Shown here one piece after another: positions 36,169 to 50,449 of a stretch of 64,000 nt of DNA. Position 1 is the first letter of the stretch. Each line of letters begins with the position of its first letter. The stretch is from the NCBI RefSeq assembly GCF_009914755.1, contig NC_060926.1; one strand, 5' to 3'. Made by a program: the position numbers and the translations under genes. The DNA is from the human T2T-CHM13v2.0 reference genome, Homo sapiens. Below the pieces are notes generated by a model. The model saw only the letters and a list, made by a program, of their open reading frames with translations. It was not told the DNA's origin and did no database searches.

Positions 36169-36229
36169 CCATCAAATTATCTTGGAAGTCAAGTACTTTG
36201 GAAGTTTATTTTTCTATTTCAAATAAAAA

Positions 36230-37420
36230 TAAACACACTTTTTAAATTTATTTGTAAATTTACATACATTAAATATCACTACTTTGGGGTACAATTTTAT
36301 GATATTGGAAAAATAAGCAGAGTTGCATAAGCACTGCTACAAGACACAGAACAGTTCTATTACCTCAAAATCCACTTAGCAGTCCTTTCATATTAAACAA
36401 ATCTTAACTCCTAACTCCTGGCAACCATTGATTGTTTCATCCCGACAGTTTGTTTTTTAGAGAACGTTATAAAAGTATAATCATATGGCATAAATAGCCT
36501 TGTTGGTAAATCTCTCCTACAGCAATCTATGTGAGATTTACCCATATTGTTTCATGTATAAATAGGTCATTCTTCTGCAAGGCTTTGGAGTATTCAATTG
36601 TCTGGATGTACTAAAATGTATTTATCCATTTGCCCATTGAAGGACATTTGGGTAGAAATGTTAGAAATAAAGCTAAAAATAAATGTTCATATTTGGTTTT
36701 GTGTGGACATGAGTTTTATTTCTCTTGGTAAATATGTAGGAGTGGTATTGGTAGATCACATGCTAAGTATCCATCAACTATATTCCAAAGTGGTTTTACC
36801 GGCTTGCATTCTTATCAGCAATGAATAATGGTTATTCTTGTTCTGTGTCCTCCACAGAACTTGGTATTGTCAATTGGCTTTGTTTTTCACCTTAGCCATA
36901 CTAATAGATGTGTAAAAGTATCTCTTTGTGTTTTTAATTTGCATTTTTCTAAAGACTAATGATGTTGAACTTCATTACTTTTGGTTATTTGTGATCTATT
37001 CATCTCCTTTGGTGAAGTATCTGTTTGTAACCTTTTTATTGGGTGTTTTGTTTTCCTATTACTGAGTTTTGAGAGTGTTTAGTATTTCCTGAGCACAAGT
37101 CTTTGTCAAATATGTGGTTGGCAAATATTATCTTCAAATCTCTGCTTTGTCTTTTCAGCCTCTTAAAAGTGTCTTTCACAGAGCAAAATGTTTTCATTTG
37201 TTGAAGTCCAACTTCTGAGGGTTTTTTTGTGATGAATTATACTTTTTGTGCCATATCTAAGAATACTTTCCCTAATTCAAGGTCATAAAGCTTTTCCCCT
37301 ATGTTTTCTTCTAAAAGATTTTTAATTCAAGATATCACATTTAGATATATTGTCTTTTTTTGTTGTTATTTGTTTATATACTGTGAGGGATGGTTTGAGT
37401 TCCATTTTATTTTGTAAGTT
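36230..37420 (-). mobile_element. Old L1M 3' region
   Basis: Reverse L1 motifs (ttttaatttgcatttttct, atttgcccattgaaggacatttggg). Confidence 0.75.
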
Positions 37421-39390
37421 TGGCTTTGAACTGATAACTCAGAGGGAGGAACAGACAAGCCGAGCCCTAAGATTGCTGCACCTTACTACTGAAGAGAGTT
37501 TGCAGACTTCAGCTCAAGAAAGGGAACCCATCCAAAGGGTGGCAGTTTCCCTGAGTTGGGGAGACTAAGATGCAACTTCAAGAAGTAGGCCAACAGGGTA
37601 AGTTTTCAGGACACAGTACTGAAGAGGAGAGACCTACACAGTGTATGCACAGACACACAAACTCACACAGAGCACTCTGAAAAACTGCAGAGGTTCTCCG
37701 TTAAATTTTAAGCAGAGCACTGATCAGCACATGCCTGCAAGGAAACTACCTGAGGCTGGGAAAAAAATATGCAAACCCCCAAAATGATTAAAGGGAACAA
37801 TGTGCAGAGGTTGCACACAGGATCAGGAATAGGCTGCCTTCTCACTGTTACAGGATTATAGAGTGGAAAACTACATAATTCTCCAGATATTGAAGAGAAT
37901 ACTCGAAGGGGTATTTACCTAAATCGTAAACTAATATTAGCCCTATACCAAAGGCTGCTCTGATTAGCTCATCACAAAACTTAAGCAAGGCTCAAAAGGT
38001 TCTAACAGTGTGTAAGTAGTTGAAAGGCACCCCAGGGCAAAGCTCAATAATATGTATATGGATGCAAAAATATCCACACCCCAAAATCCACAATACCTAC
38101 CATTCACTCAACCATCATGGTTGATCAATTAACCATCATGCAAAAAGCAGGAAAATACTATAAATAAATAAAAATAGACTGATAGGAATATAAATTGATA
38201 CACCTATTATAATAACCTGTATAGAAGTTCCTCAAACAAACAAACAAAAATAGAATGGTAATTTAATCTAGAAATCCCATTTCTGTGTATTTACATGAAA
38301 TATTTGAAATTAGTAGTGTCAAAGAAATGTCGGCACCCCTATGTTTACTGCAGCATTATTCACAATAGCCAAGATGTGGAAGCAATTTAAGTGTTCATCA
38401 ACAAATGAATGAATAAAGAAAGTGAAGTATATATATATATATATATACACTGGAACACAATTCAGTCTTGAAAAAACAGAAATTTTGTCATTTGTAACAA
38501 CTTGGATGGAATTAGAAAACATTATGCTAAGTGAAACAAGCCAGAAACAGAACGACAAATACCACATGTTCTCACTCGTATGTGGAATCTAAAATAACGG
38601 AACTCAAAGAAATGGAGAGTAGAATGGTGGTCAGTCATCAGAGGACAGGGGCTTGGGATATATGGGGAGATGATAGTTGAAAGGTACGAAGCTGCAATTA
38701 GACAAGAGGAGTAAGAATTTTTTTCTTTCAGATATATTCCACACCATGGATATAGTCAATAATAATGTATTACACACTTCAAAATTGCTAACAGAGTAAA
38801 TTTGAAATGTTCTCACCAAAAATAAGTATTTGAGGTGATAGATATGTTAATTAGTTTGATTTAATTATTCCACATTGTATTCATAAATCATAACATCATG
38901 TTGTATCCCACAAATATATACAACTATCACCAGTCAATTTACAATTTAAAATGTTTTAAAAGACTCAGAAATGACACAAATGATAGAATTAGTAAACAAA
39001 GACATACAAATAGTTATTTGTATAACTATTTGTATAATATTATACAAATATTTATAACTATAATTATAACTATAAATTTGTTATAAATAGTTATAACAAA
39101 TAACTATATTCCTTACATTTATGGCAATTGAGGAAATTTTGAACATGTTAGAGACAAATATTAAAATCAAACTTTTGGAGTTTAAAGTAAAGTAAAACCT
39201 GTACTGGATGAAATTAACAGCAGATTTAGCACTGCAGAATAAGAAAATTCATTAACTTAAAGACGTGGGAAAACTATCCAAGATGAAATCCAGAGGAAGA
39301 AAAACAGTTCAGAAAAAAATAAACAGAGCATCAGTGAGATATGGAATGATGTCCAGTAGCCTACTGTATGTATAATTGGAGTCCTTAGAA
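37420..39390 (+). mobile_element. Old L1M 5'/ORF1-region fragments with an L1MA 3' end at ~38170-38960
   Basis: L1MA 3'UTR (gcagcattattcacaatagccaagat...ggtgatagatatgttaattag) flanked by ORF1-like gaaattaacagcagattt. Confidence 0.65.
39010..39107. repeat. AT-rich nested inverted repeat
   Basis: Perfect 24-bp palindrome at 39027-39050. Outer arms 39010-39031 and 39085-39107 are reverse complements with one indel. Confidence 0.85.
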
Positions 39391-40651
39391 AGTTGCTTTT
39401 TATATTTTGTCTAGTGTTTTTCATAGTGATCAGTGAGATAGACAGATTGCATTGGACTTATCCCACCTGATTGAGCACCACGCAAATAATAGCCTTTTAC
39501 AATCACTTATAGAATTCAATCACTTTTGCTACCGACAACTGATAAATATTTATTCAGTTGACTAGTTACAAAGATGGTCAACCTCAGCCATTAATAATCT
39601 ATTGAAAGAAACTACCATTATATATATATATATATAATATATTTAATAATGGCTGCCACATATATATGGGCTTTGCCAATTTGTTTCACTTTTCCCTTTT
39701 GTGTTTTTGCTCTATGAAGATTATGAATTTCCCATTGTAGATTCTCTCACCTTCAGTAGAAAAATTATGACTTGTCTTAAAATTGAATAAGTACAACGAA
39801 GAAAAGCCATCGAATGACCAACTTTAATGCTAGTCTCAAAGGAAGAGTGTAGCCAATTTATTTGATGTATTGACTGTAATAAAAAATCCTTTGAGATGAT
39901 TCAAATTCCTTAATACTCTGAGTTTCAGTCTGACTAATCACCTTTCATAGTAAACATTTGGCAATCTGTACTAAATTTTCAAAATCTTGCTATTCAAAAA
40001 TAAGTTCCTATGTGAGCTAATATGTTTAGTCGTCACTTAAACTAACCAAATAGAATGGACTAAAAAGAATCAGAAAAGTAGTTTCATTAATTCTCACACA
40101 GGGAATGCAGGATTCTCCTGCAGGCATCTATGCTCCAGAGAGAAATTTTAAATTCCTGGCAGGAAAGTGAGAGATAATTCCATGGTGATTTTTGGTATAA
40201 GGAGCTAAACTACCACACTTCTTGCATCCTGATTGGATGTGCATTTGGCCATTTTTGAGATGTGTTATATCCTGGGGACCTATACAGGCGAGTCACCTGT
40301 GTATGATCGCAGGACATAGATGGGTTCGGGTCTTACAATCTCTTACTTAGATTACTCCAACAGCCTCTTAACTGTACACCCAACCTCAAAGCACCACTGT
40401 ATTTAAACCCTTATGAAAATGGATACAGAGTGTTGTGTGTTTATTCTCTCTTCAAAGCCACCTAATTTTCTGGTACCCCCAGGATTGTATCCACTGTCCT
40501 TAGCACGACATTTCTTTACCTAGTTTTCAACACTAATATTGTATTCGCTTTCCCCATCACACACACCAGTGTTTATAAGACACTGTTGTGCAAAAGGTTC
40601 ACCTTGAATGCCTTTTTAAATTCAGGCTTTATAGTGTGAAAGGGACTCAGG

Positions 40652-40658
<7 letters not shown>

Positions 40659-40695
<37 letters not shown>

Positions 40696-40975
40696 AGATG
40701 GAGTCTTGCTCTTTCGCCCAGGCTGTAGTGCAGTGGCACGATCTCGGCTCAGTGCAAGCTCCACCTCCTGGGTTCACGCCATTCTCCTGCCTCGCCTCCT
40801 GAGTAGCTGGGACTACAGGCGCGTGCCACCACACGCGGCTAAGTTTTTGTATTTTTCATTAGAGACGAGGTTTCACCATGTTAGCCAGGACGGTCTCGGT
40901 CTCCTGACCTCGTGATCCACCCACCTCGGCCTCCCAAAGCGCTGGGATTACAGGCGTGAGCCACCGCGCCCGGCC
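40659..40975 (-). mobile_element. AluY with a long (~36 nt) homopolymer tail, inserted in a MER5-like element
   Basis: Y diagnostics; TSD aggagactgc at 40649-40658 and 40976-40985. Confidence 0.93.
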
Positions 40976-42521
40976 AGGAGACTGCATTTTTAACAAATTT
41001 TCTGGGAATTAGTAACATAGGTGGTCCAGGGGCTACACTCCAAGAAATACTGCCTAATGTCCCATCCTCATATGTCTCAATTATAGCTACACATTAGCAT
41101 TAACTGAAGCACTTTAAAATGTTCCATTGCTTGAGCCCAGCCTATTCTGGTTTAAATGGTTTGAGGTGGAAACTAAAGAAAAATTGCTGTTGCTGTTGTT
41201 ATTGTTTATTTGTTTTAAACAATTCTTTAAGAGGTCTCTCATGTGCACCCAGGGCTGAGAATCTCTGTATTAACCACAGCCCTCTACATGTGACTCTGTG
41301 TGAAGTTATTCTTCTCCCTGACGTCCTGATCTTCCTCAGACTTACAAAACCTTACTCAAGCATCCAGGCCTAGATGAAGTGCCCTTGAAACACACTTCTG
41401 AATCTTCCCAACATAACTAAAGCAGAGTTAATTGCTACTCTAGAATTGAGCCTCATATATTAAGCATATATATTTTTACACACTTTCCCTTCTCTCAGAA
41501 TATGGGCACCTTGAGAGCAGAGACAATGGTTTAATTCACCTTGGCATCAACCAATGTTTAGAACAGTGCAAAATGTTCCCTGGGAGCTCAGGACTGGCTG
41601 CAGAACAAATGGATCACTGCCTGACTCTACCAGTCCCCAGGTGAGCTCACTCAGCCTCAGGGCTTTTAACACCATCTGTATGATGGCAATGCTCATATTT
41701 CTATCTTCAGTCCAGATTTTGCCTCTAGACTCCACACCCTTCCATCCAGCTGTCGACATAGAATCTCAATTCAGATGCCAGAAAGCATGGCCACACTGAA
41801 GAAGTTTTTGCCCCTATCCTGACTGACAACCCATCCACCAGCATGTCCCATCTAAGTTTCATGGTGGCTTTATCTTTGCTGTTGTTCAGGCTGAGAACAT
41901 GGCAATGTTGCTTTTCCCCACTCTTTCACTTACACTTCATGTATGACCTGTCTATAAATCCTATTAAGTCTACCTATGAAATATATTAGACTCAGACAAG
42001 TTTCCAAACCTTCTACCTCTCCATTCTGTTCTAAGCCATCTTCGTGTTTCACAGATTTATTGGGCAACAATCCTAAGAAATGTTCACATTCCATTCTGAT
42101 CCCTGTACTCTATCCTCCTAAAAACAACCAAAATGATGGTTTCAAAAATTAAATCTAATTTTGTCATTCTTGGTCCTCATATGACTTCCCATTTCATTCA
42201 GAATAAAGGTTCTTACGGTGACTAGTGAGGCCTTGCACAATATGCCCCCCACTTGACCACATCCTTTACCACTGTAGCTCCTGTTCACTCTATTGCAGTC
42301 ACACAGGGTCCTCAGGACTTTGCGGATACCGTCCCCACTGCCTAATACCCTCTTCCTACACATGGCTTCACTTCCTTCACGTCTCTGCTTAAAGTGAGAC
42401 AATGCCTTTCATATCTGCCTTGTAGAGAATAAGAGTCCCTAACACCATGCTGGAATTTGGTATCTTTCATAGTTTGGTTAATTTCCTTTGCATAATACAT
42501 ATTACCATCTAACATACTATC

Positions 42522-42977
42522 TGTGGTCGGCTGAATAATATTTCCCAAAACACCAAAATTTGTAAATATTACTTTATTTAGATTAAAAGGATCTTTGCAG
42601 GTATAATTAATTTAAAAGCTTTGAGATGAGGAGATTATCCTGGAATAGTAAGTAGTCCCCAATTATAATCACAAGCATCCTTAAAGATAGAGGTGGAGGA
42701 AGATTAGATGTGCACACACAGAGAGAAGAAGGTGGGGACTGATGTGGCCACAACTCAAGGAATGCTGGCAGCCATTAGAGGCTTTTCAGCCAGGCAAAGA
42801 ACTGGACCTCCCTTAGAGAATCAGGATGGAGTCTGGCCTTGCTGAGACCTTAAATTCAGCTCAGTAATACTGATTCCAACTTCTTGCCTCCTGAGGACTG
42901 TGAGAAAATTAATTTCTGCTGTTTTCAGCCATCCAGTGTGTGGTAATTAATTGTAGCAGCAACAGAAAATGAACACA
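42522..42977 (+). mobile_element. MLT1D-like MaLR LTR inserted in L2 sequence
   Basis: tgtgg...acaca termini; TSD ctatc/atatc; gagatgaggagattatcctgga motif. Confidence 0.75.
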
Positions 42978-43144
42978 ATATCTATTAGTATTTCCATCTT
43001 CTGTATTTATTTTGTCTGCTCCTATCACATACACACAAGAATCCACAACTCACAAATGCAAAGACCTTTTCTGTTTTGTTCACTGCTCTATTTTCAATAA
43101 CCCAAAAGATGTCTGACACACAACAGAATATTAATAAATATTTA

Positions 43145-43430
43145 GGTTGAATGTGATGGCTCACACCTGTAATTCCACCACTTTGAGATGCCAAGGTGGG
43201 AGGATCACTTGAGGCCAGGAGTTTAAGACCAGTCTGGACAATATAGTGAGACCCTGTCTCTTTTTAAAAAAATTATTCAGGCATGGTGGTGTACACCTGT
43301 AGTCCCAGCTATTGGGAGGCTGAGGTGAGAGGATCATTTGAGCCCAGGATGTTGAGGCTGCAGTGAACCATGATCACCCCATTGCATTCAGCCTGGATGA
43401 CAGAGAAAGAACTTCTACGGATAAAAAAAG
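43145..43430 (+). mobile_element. AluJ
   Basis: Diverged dimeric Alu with J features. Confidence 0.9.
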
Positions 43431-43809
43431 CAAACACATATGTTTTTTTAAAAAAATAAATGAATGTTTGTGTCAAAGACATGGAATGCTAATGGAGCTC
43501 AGAATGAGAATAAGCTGACACCAATGGGCCAGGTGTTCGAGGAAAGGCTTCCTGAAAAGGTGAATGAAAAATGTCCTCCAGGAAGCAGCGATCACCACTG
43601 CTAAATGTTGGTTGTCGAAATGACTCCTTTGTTCTCTTAATTTAGGCTGAGCTTCGTTTCCATAAATTGCTTTTATCTCCTGAACAAGGGCAATGGCCAA
43701 TATGAATAATTTTCCGTGGATTTATTGTCACATGGTCACTGGCCACAGTTGTGCCTAAAAAAGCATGAATGGCAAAATGTTCCTTGTTCCTGCATGATCA
43801 TCCTTTGTG

Positions 43810-44330
43810 AGGATGATAGTATAGCAGGTGACATCACATACAACGTGTAGGCCTGGGATACCTGCATTTAAATCCCGGTTCTGTCACTTCTAATAATAGT
43901 GAACATTTATTCAACACTTAACATGTGTTGAGAATTGTGCTATGTACTTTTGGGCTGACTCCATGCCAGTTGTGTAAACTTGGACAAGTCATTTAACCTT
44001 GTGTCCTCATGACAACTCTGAAAAGAGAATACTTTTATCCCTCTAGTATAGTTTCAGCACAGAAACGGAAGCATTGGAAGCTGAGGATACCTGCTCAAGG
44101 TCATATAATTAACAACTTTTGAAACTGAAATTCGCATCTCAGCTCATTTTGACTCCAAATTCCATTTATTTTCCAGTATAATCCATGCATCTCTCTCAGC
44201 TAACTTTGATCTGATCTTTTTTGAGCCTCAGTTGCTTTGTCTATAAAATGGAAATAATTTCACAGGATGGTTGATGAAGTAAGAAGTCAGTGGATAAAAT
44301 GTAAAGTGTTCAACAAAGGAACCGATAACA
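43810..44330. mobile_element. MIR fragments
   Basis: MIR core motifs (ttggacaagtcatttaacct, gagcctcagttgctttgtctataaaatgg). Confidence 0.6.
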
Positions 44331-44584
44331 TTCTTAATAGAAAATGCAGTTGACCTTGGGATTTAACAATATAGCCAGGAAACTTCAGCTTTGGGGTCCT
44401 TACCTTTGTTTTTTCTGAGGTTGCTCTCTCCAATCTTTGCCTCTTCTCTCTTCACCCAGCTTTTCTGCTAGTCTGTTTTCTCATCCTGCTCTCTAGAACA
44501 ATTTATCAGATATTTCTACTTTAATGTATGGTTGTCATCACTTTGCCCATGCTGAGGGATTTGACTTTTAAGCCCATCTCTTAC

Positions 44585-44770
44585 TATTAAAATATATATA
44601 TATTTATATATAATATATATTATATATATGTTTTAATATATAAAAATTATATATATTTATATTATATATAAAATATATTTTATATATAAAATATATATAA
44701 ATAATATATAATCAATATAAATATATAAATATATATTTATATAAATATATATATATACACACACACATAC
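44585..44770. repeat. AT-rich low-complexity/(TA)n region ending in (CA)n
   Basis: Almost pure A/T for about 170 bp. Confidence 0.9.
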
Positions 44771-47030
44771 ATTTTCCCGAGAGGGATGTGAAGGGGTAGG
44801 TTCTGAGGTATCAGCAGGTGAACCAGTAGTTTACGAAGCATCAGATTTTTAGGATCCCCTAAAAACACATTGGCTTCGAATAAGGATCTTCTCAGTGAGC
44901 AAAGCAGCCTCCTAAAACCCTGGCTATGATCTTTCCAAGGAAGCTTTCTGGGGCCTCTGAAGCTGAGCATCAGCTTCTCCCCTGGTCAAATGCAAAGCAT
45001 TTCAGATGATTTCAGACCACTTGTTTTTCTGCAGATAGGACCAGTCCACACTCTCGCCACTTGGCAAGCTGTGCAAACATGTGTGGGCTTGAGGCAGCTC
45101 AGTTTTCAGATAGCTCTTCATCTGCTCTCCTCCTCCTGTGCATACACAAGGCCAAGTTCTGAACTGGTGAATCCATATGACAAGTAGGCCTGTTGGGGAG
45201 ATGCGGTGTCCCCCAAGCCGATCTTCCTGCACACATGACCCAGAAACACAGTTCTTTCTTTCCTCAGAGAAGTGGCTCTATGCCAGTTTCTCTAACAAAA
45301 CCCTCAAGGGTGGGGCCTGCGTCGCACATCTTTTGCTTTCAGCAGATGTTCCACAGGAGTGGCTGCCAGGACACTTCTGTAGCAGGGAAGGTGTTAAAGC
45401 TTCAGGGCCGTCGGAATATGTCTATGCTGACAGATTGGGGGAAACATGCTCAAGCGCTTATGGTGATGAGCATGTAAAAATAGGGCACAGATGTCTAATT
45501 TAAAAGACAAGAAAATTTCTTGGCATTTACATCTTATTAGTCATTACTATGTTGTTCTTGTATTTTATTCACACATTTAACTTTGGGTGTTCCTCTGATT
45601 CGCATTGCCAACTGCAAGCTACCATCCCATAAACCAAAAAAAAAAAAAAAAAAGTACTATACATTCCAAAAGATCATTAAAAGCAATGGAAATTTCCAGT
45701 GATCTTTGCTCGGCAACCTCATTTAGGTTTCCATGTAACTGTGTTCAAACTAAACTGTCCACACGTTGGGCCATATTGACCTGATTTGGTAACAAGGGAG
45801 GAGCTTGGATGCATGCAAAATGTGTCTATGAGGAGAAAAAATGAAAAGGCTGACTTTGAAAATTACCTCCAGAAGGCTTGAGAAATAACCTCTCTTTGTT
45901 TTAATGCTTTGGCTTTATGTTAATGTATATGATGACTTTAATAGTTTTACCCAATTCACATCCATAGTGTGTTGAAGAAAATCTGAGTGGAATTAAAAAG
46001 AAATAATAGTTCTACAGTTACATACACAGTTCCTATATTCATTAGCTTTTTATAAACCCTACAATTAGAAAAAGACACTGGCTCATGGGCTAAATGGAGG
46101 GGAAAGATTTAACTCAATAGATAGGAGGGCTTTGGAATTTTCAAAATTTTACAGCAGCTGGCTGTGCTCACATACAATCAGAAAACAAAAGCAGAGAAAC
46201 CAAATATCAGATGAATAGTCTTCCCTTTCCAACACATCTTAGGGCCAGTTTTTCTGTAGCACAAAAGGAAGGATCCTGGTCCATGCTGATAAATATCTTA
46301 GAGCAAAAGAGAGAAAAATACCGAATGTTATCAACATCATCAAAGCATGTGCTAATTAAGTGAGTAACACCACCTGGTGCTGTGAGAGGGGCTGCCCTTT
46401 TTCTTTTGGGCTCACAATACAAAGGCACACACACACACATAAACACAGTGGAGATGAACAACTGATTAGAGTTGTGAGTGACCAGTGGGGCATTACAACA
46501 AACTACCAAATTAAACAATTAATAGTTTAAGAGACTTTATAAATACTTAGCTAAATCTCAGCTACACTGCACATTGTCTCCATGGCATTGTGGAAATCAG
46601 AACATTCTTTAAGCTTCAGTTTCCTTACAGATAAAGTGGGGAATCATTTCGCCAACTCACTCAAGCGCTATAACGTGTAAAATGCTTGTCAGATTGCTAG
46701 CAAATTCTAAACACTCAACAAATAGTAGCTATTTTTTGTTGGTCTTTTTTTGATGCAATATCTTTAGAGACAAGTTCAAGGATAATAAGTAAAGCAGAAT
46801 CCTGTTTTTTAGCATGTGTATTTATCACAAATGTTTATATTAACTGCACACACCTGTCTACCTTTGCACAAGCACTTGACCTTTTCAGAAGCCAGTAATA
46901 GAACCAAATATGCTAGATTCAGGACAAACCAGAAATAACTATTGCTGTCATTTTAATGGGAAGTTTTGAGCACATGCTGCTCTCGAGTTTGTGTGTTATA
47001 TGAGCCTCCTTTTCTTGCTTGTGGAAATGA

Positions 47031-47494
<464 letters not shown>

Positions 47495-47788
47495 TAATTC
47501 TTTCCTCTAGTAACTTTCTTGGCATACCCTCTCAAAACTCAGGGAGGGTCCTTTTTCTCATTAATCCACGTTGTCAAAATATTTTTAATGAGTTAAGATA
47601 ATGCATATGAAGGACACAACACAGTTCCTGATGCATGGGAAGCACTCAATAAGTGGTAGCTATACTTATTACCATTATTATTATTAGCCCATTTATAGAA
47701 AATCAATTTCTAGCACACTTTTTAAAGCGATCATTAAAATTAAAATCATGAATGCAATCACTATTTGTAGTACCTAATTTTATTATAA

Positions 47789-47908
47789 TTATCTTTATCT
47801 TAATAATCCAAATATTACTAATAACTCACAGTTATTTCAATTATCATTTTATCTTTATCTTAATAATCCAAATATTACTAATAACTCACAGTTATTTCAA
47901 TTATCATT
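47789..47908. repeat. Exact 2 x 60-bp tandem duplication
   Basis: 47789-47848 is identical to 47849-47908. Confidence 0.97.
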
Positions 47909-48068
47909 AATTACTTCTAACTTTACAGCAATCTATAAAGTAAAGGCAGGGCCAGCCTTCAGCTAAACACTGAAGTAGACATATTTATGTTTGCTTCCTG
48001 TTCTCTACTCCTGCAGTATTCTTCTCCTCTTTATCTTGCGAAGACTTCTTCCTAAAAAGGTCTGGATA

Positions 48069-48371
48069 GGCGGGGCACAGTGGCTCACACCTGTAATCAT
48101 AGCATTTTGGGAGGCCGAGGCAGGTGGATCACGTGAGGTCGGGAGTTCAAGACAAGCCTGACCAACATGCAGAAACCCCCGTCTCTACTAAAAATACAAA
48201 ATTAGCCGAGCGTGGTGGCACATGCCTGTAATCCCAGCCACTCGGGAGGCTGAGGCAGGAGAATCACTTGACCCCAGGAGGTGGAGGTTTCAGTGAGCCG
48301 AAATCACGCCATTGCACTCCAGCCTGGACAACAAGAGCGAAACTACATCTCAAAAGAGAGAGAAAAAAAAA
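48069..48371 (+). mobile_element. AluS
   Basis: Dimeric Alu; TSD ending gtctggata. Confidence 0.95.
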
Positions 48372-50123
48372 GTCTGGATAAATTAGTGCTCAGTACGGAG
48401 AACTGACTGATACAGGCTAAGGTGTGGTACTTCTGGCTTTCTCGGTCCTTCTCCTGTGTCATCCTCTTTCTGGCCTGGCTTTCAGTGGCTACCCACAAAC
48501 CTCCAGTGGGTAACATGGGAACACTTTGTCCCTGTTTGTGAATGTTCCCAGAGTCACTGCCTCTGGAAGAGTCCTCTGAAAGGCCAGAACTAAGTTCAAC
48601 AAAGTGGATTTCAAATGACAGACTCAATGCCAGTCATCCTAACTGAGGACATCTGGGGAGAGCAGGCATTTTGAAGAGGAAGTCCCAGTGTGAGAGAGAT
48701 TTTTGTTTTGTTTTAGATTCGGAAACCCTGTAAGAGGGCATAATGCTGAGTGGCACCAATTCACCTAAAAGAAGGAATAATGAATCCCAAGTCACACTGA
48801 GAGTGGCTGCCTGCTTCTCTGACAGGAATAGCCTATTAGTAGTGGTGGCTTCTTATAGAGTGGCCTCGTCATTGTCATCAACACTTACAGAAAACACGTT
48901 CTGTGAGTCAGAGAAAAAAATTGGCCAAGTTGTCCCCAGTGACAGGGTTTCAATTACAGAAGCTTAACACAGGGTTACTTATCCTTCAGGGGTAAGTTTT
49001 TTTGTTTGTTTGTTTTTGTTTTTGTTTTTTTCTGCAAATGTCTTGAAATTTCCCTTTCCTCCTCCTCCTTTTTCTCCTCCTCCTTTTCTTTTTTTTCTCC
49101 TTTAAAAAAATGTAAAACACATCCTTAGCTCAAAAGCCACAGTTTTCCACCTCTTGCCAAGTAACTAGTAGAGTCATGGTAAGGAAGAACATTGTGGGCT
49201 ATGGCATAATCTGAAAAGGCTTCTGGAGAGAAGAGGACAGAGATGTGGCCTCATTCATCCACCTCTCCATCTCCAAACCCTATAGATATGACAGTTATTA
49301 AGTTAGTGGGTTGTAGATGACATCAGTGTAGACAAACTCTACAACTAGGAAGTTAAAACCATATGAAATTTGAACTATACCCAGAGGTCTAACAAAGCTA
49401 GTTATCTACTGAGCAGGAAAGGGGAAGGGGCACCTTTCTCTCTGATTGAGCCCATTCTTTTTCACCATCCAGCTGAAAGGATAACACAGGCAAAATGACC
49501 TCTCTAAGAACGTTAGCAGACAACAGATAGCAATATGGTAACTAACAACCTGGAGGAGCTGTCAGAAAGGCAATGTGCCACTAGAGTTATGAACTCATTA
49601 ATTAAATATCAGTGTATCAAATGGGCTATGAGCTATTAATTCGAAAGCTATTACTGGCTTTGAAGTTGAAATTATAAGCAAAGCAATTAAAAAGTAACTT
49701 CTCAATAAGAGTACAAAGAGAGCATCGTATCTGTTTACATACTTCAGCTCTTTAATTGGGGATTGAATTGCTCCCTTAAAAGTAATGATTATATAAATGA
49801 TCAAACTACTATTTTATTGCAAAGCCTGGATGCTATAGTTAGAAAGAAAATCTGTAATCTTCCCTTTGCTGCAGTTGTACTATGCCATGAGTGATACTCT
49901 CTCTTTTCCACACGAGTAAACAGGGGTCACTGTGAAAAATATAAATCAGGGAGAAAGTTGAAACATTTAAGATCCTGATATTTGCTTTGGCTTACTTCCT
50001 TTTATTCACCATAACTGCAAGAGGGTCGACTGTGATCAGACGATAGATAGTAGTTTTGCAATTCAGATGTAGATTAGTGTAAAAATTTTTAAAAAAGATA
50101 TTCTAACTCATGAATCTACAACA

Positions 50124-50425
50124 TTTTTTTTTTTTTCCAAAACAAGAGTCTTCTTGCTTTGTCACCCAGGCTGGAATGTAGTGGTGTGATCTAGGCACAC
50201 CGCAGCCTCCGCCTCCTGGGCTGAGGGGATCCTCCCGCCTCAACCTCTGGAGTAGCTGAGACCACAGGCACACACCACCCGCCCGGCTATTTTTTTGTGT
50301 TTTTAACAGAGATGAGGTCTCGGACACATTGCCCAAGCTGGTCTCGAACTCCTGAGTTCAAGCAATTCACCCATCTCTGCCTCTCAAAGTGCTGGGATTG
50401 CAGGCATGAGCCACCATGTCGGGCC
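50124..50425 (-). mobile_element. AluJ
   Basis: Diverged reverse Alu. Confidence 0.9.
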
Positions 50426-50449
50426 TAACATTGTTTTTCTCAACAAAGT

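Noticed and set aside
45002-45232. Minus-strand ORF containing LPQAHTC, resembling the HECT-domain LPKAHTC motif
   Set aside because: The similarity is limited to about six residues, the following FNxLxLP pattern is absent, and there is no exon structure.
47789-47908. Direct repeats as a CRISPR-like array
   Set aside because: Only two adjacent copies with no spacer, in a human genomic context.
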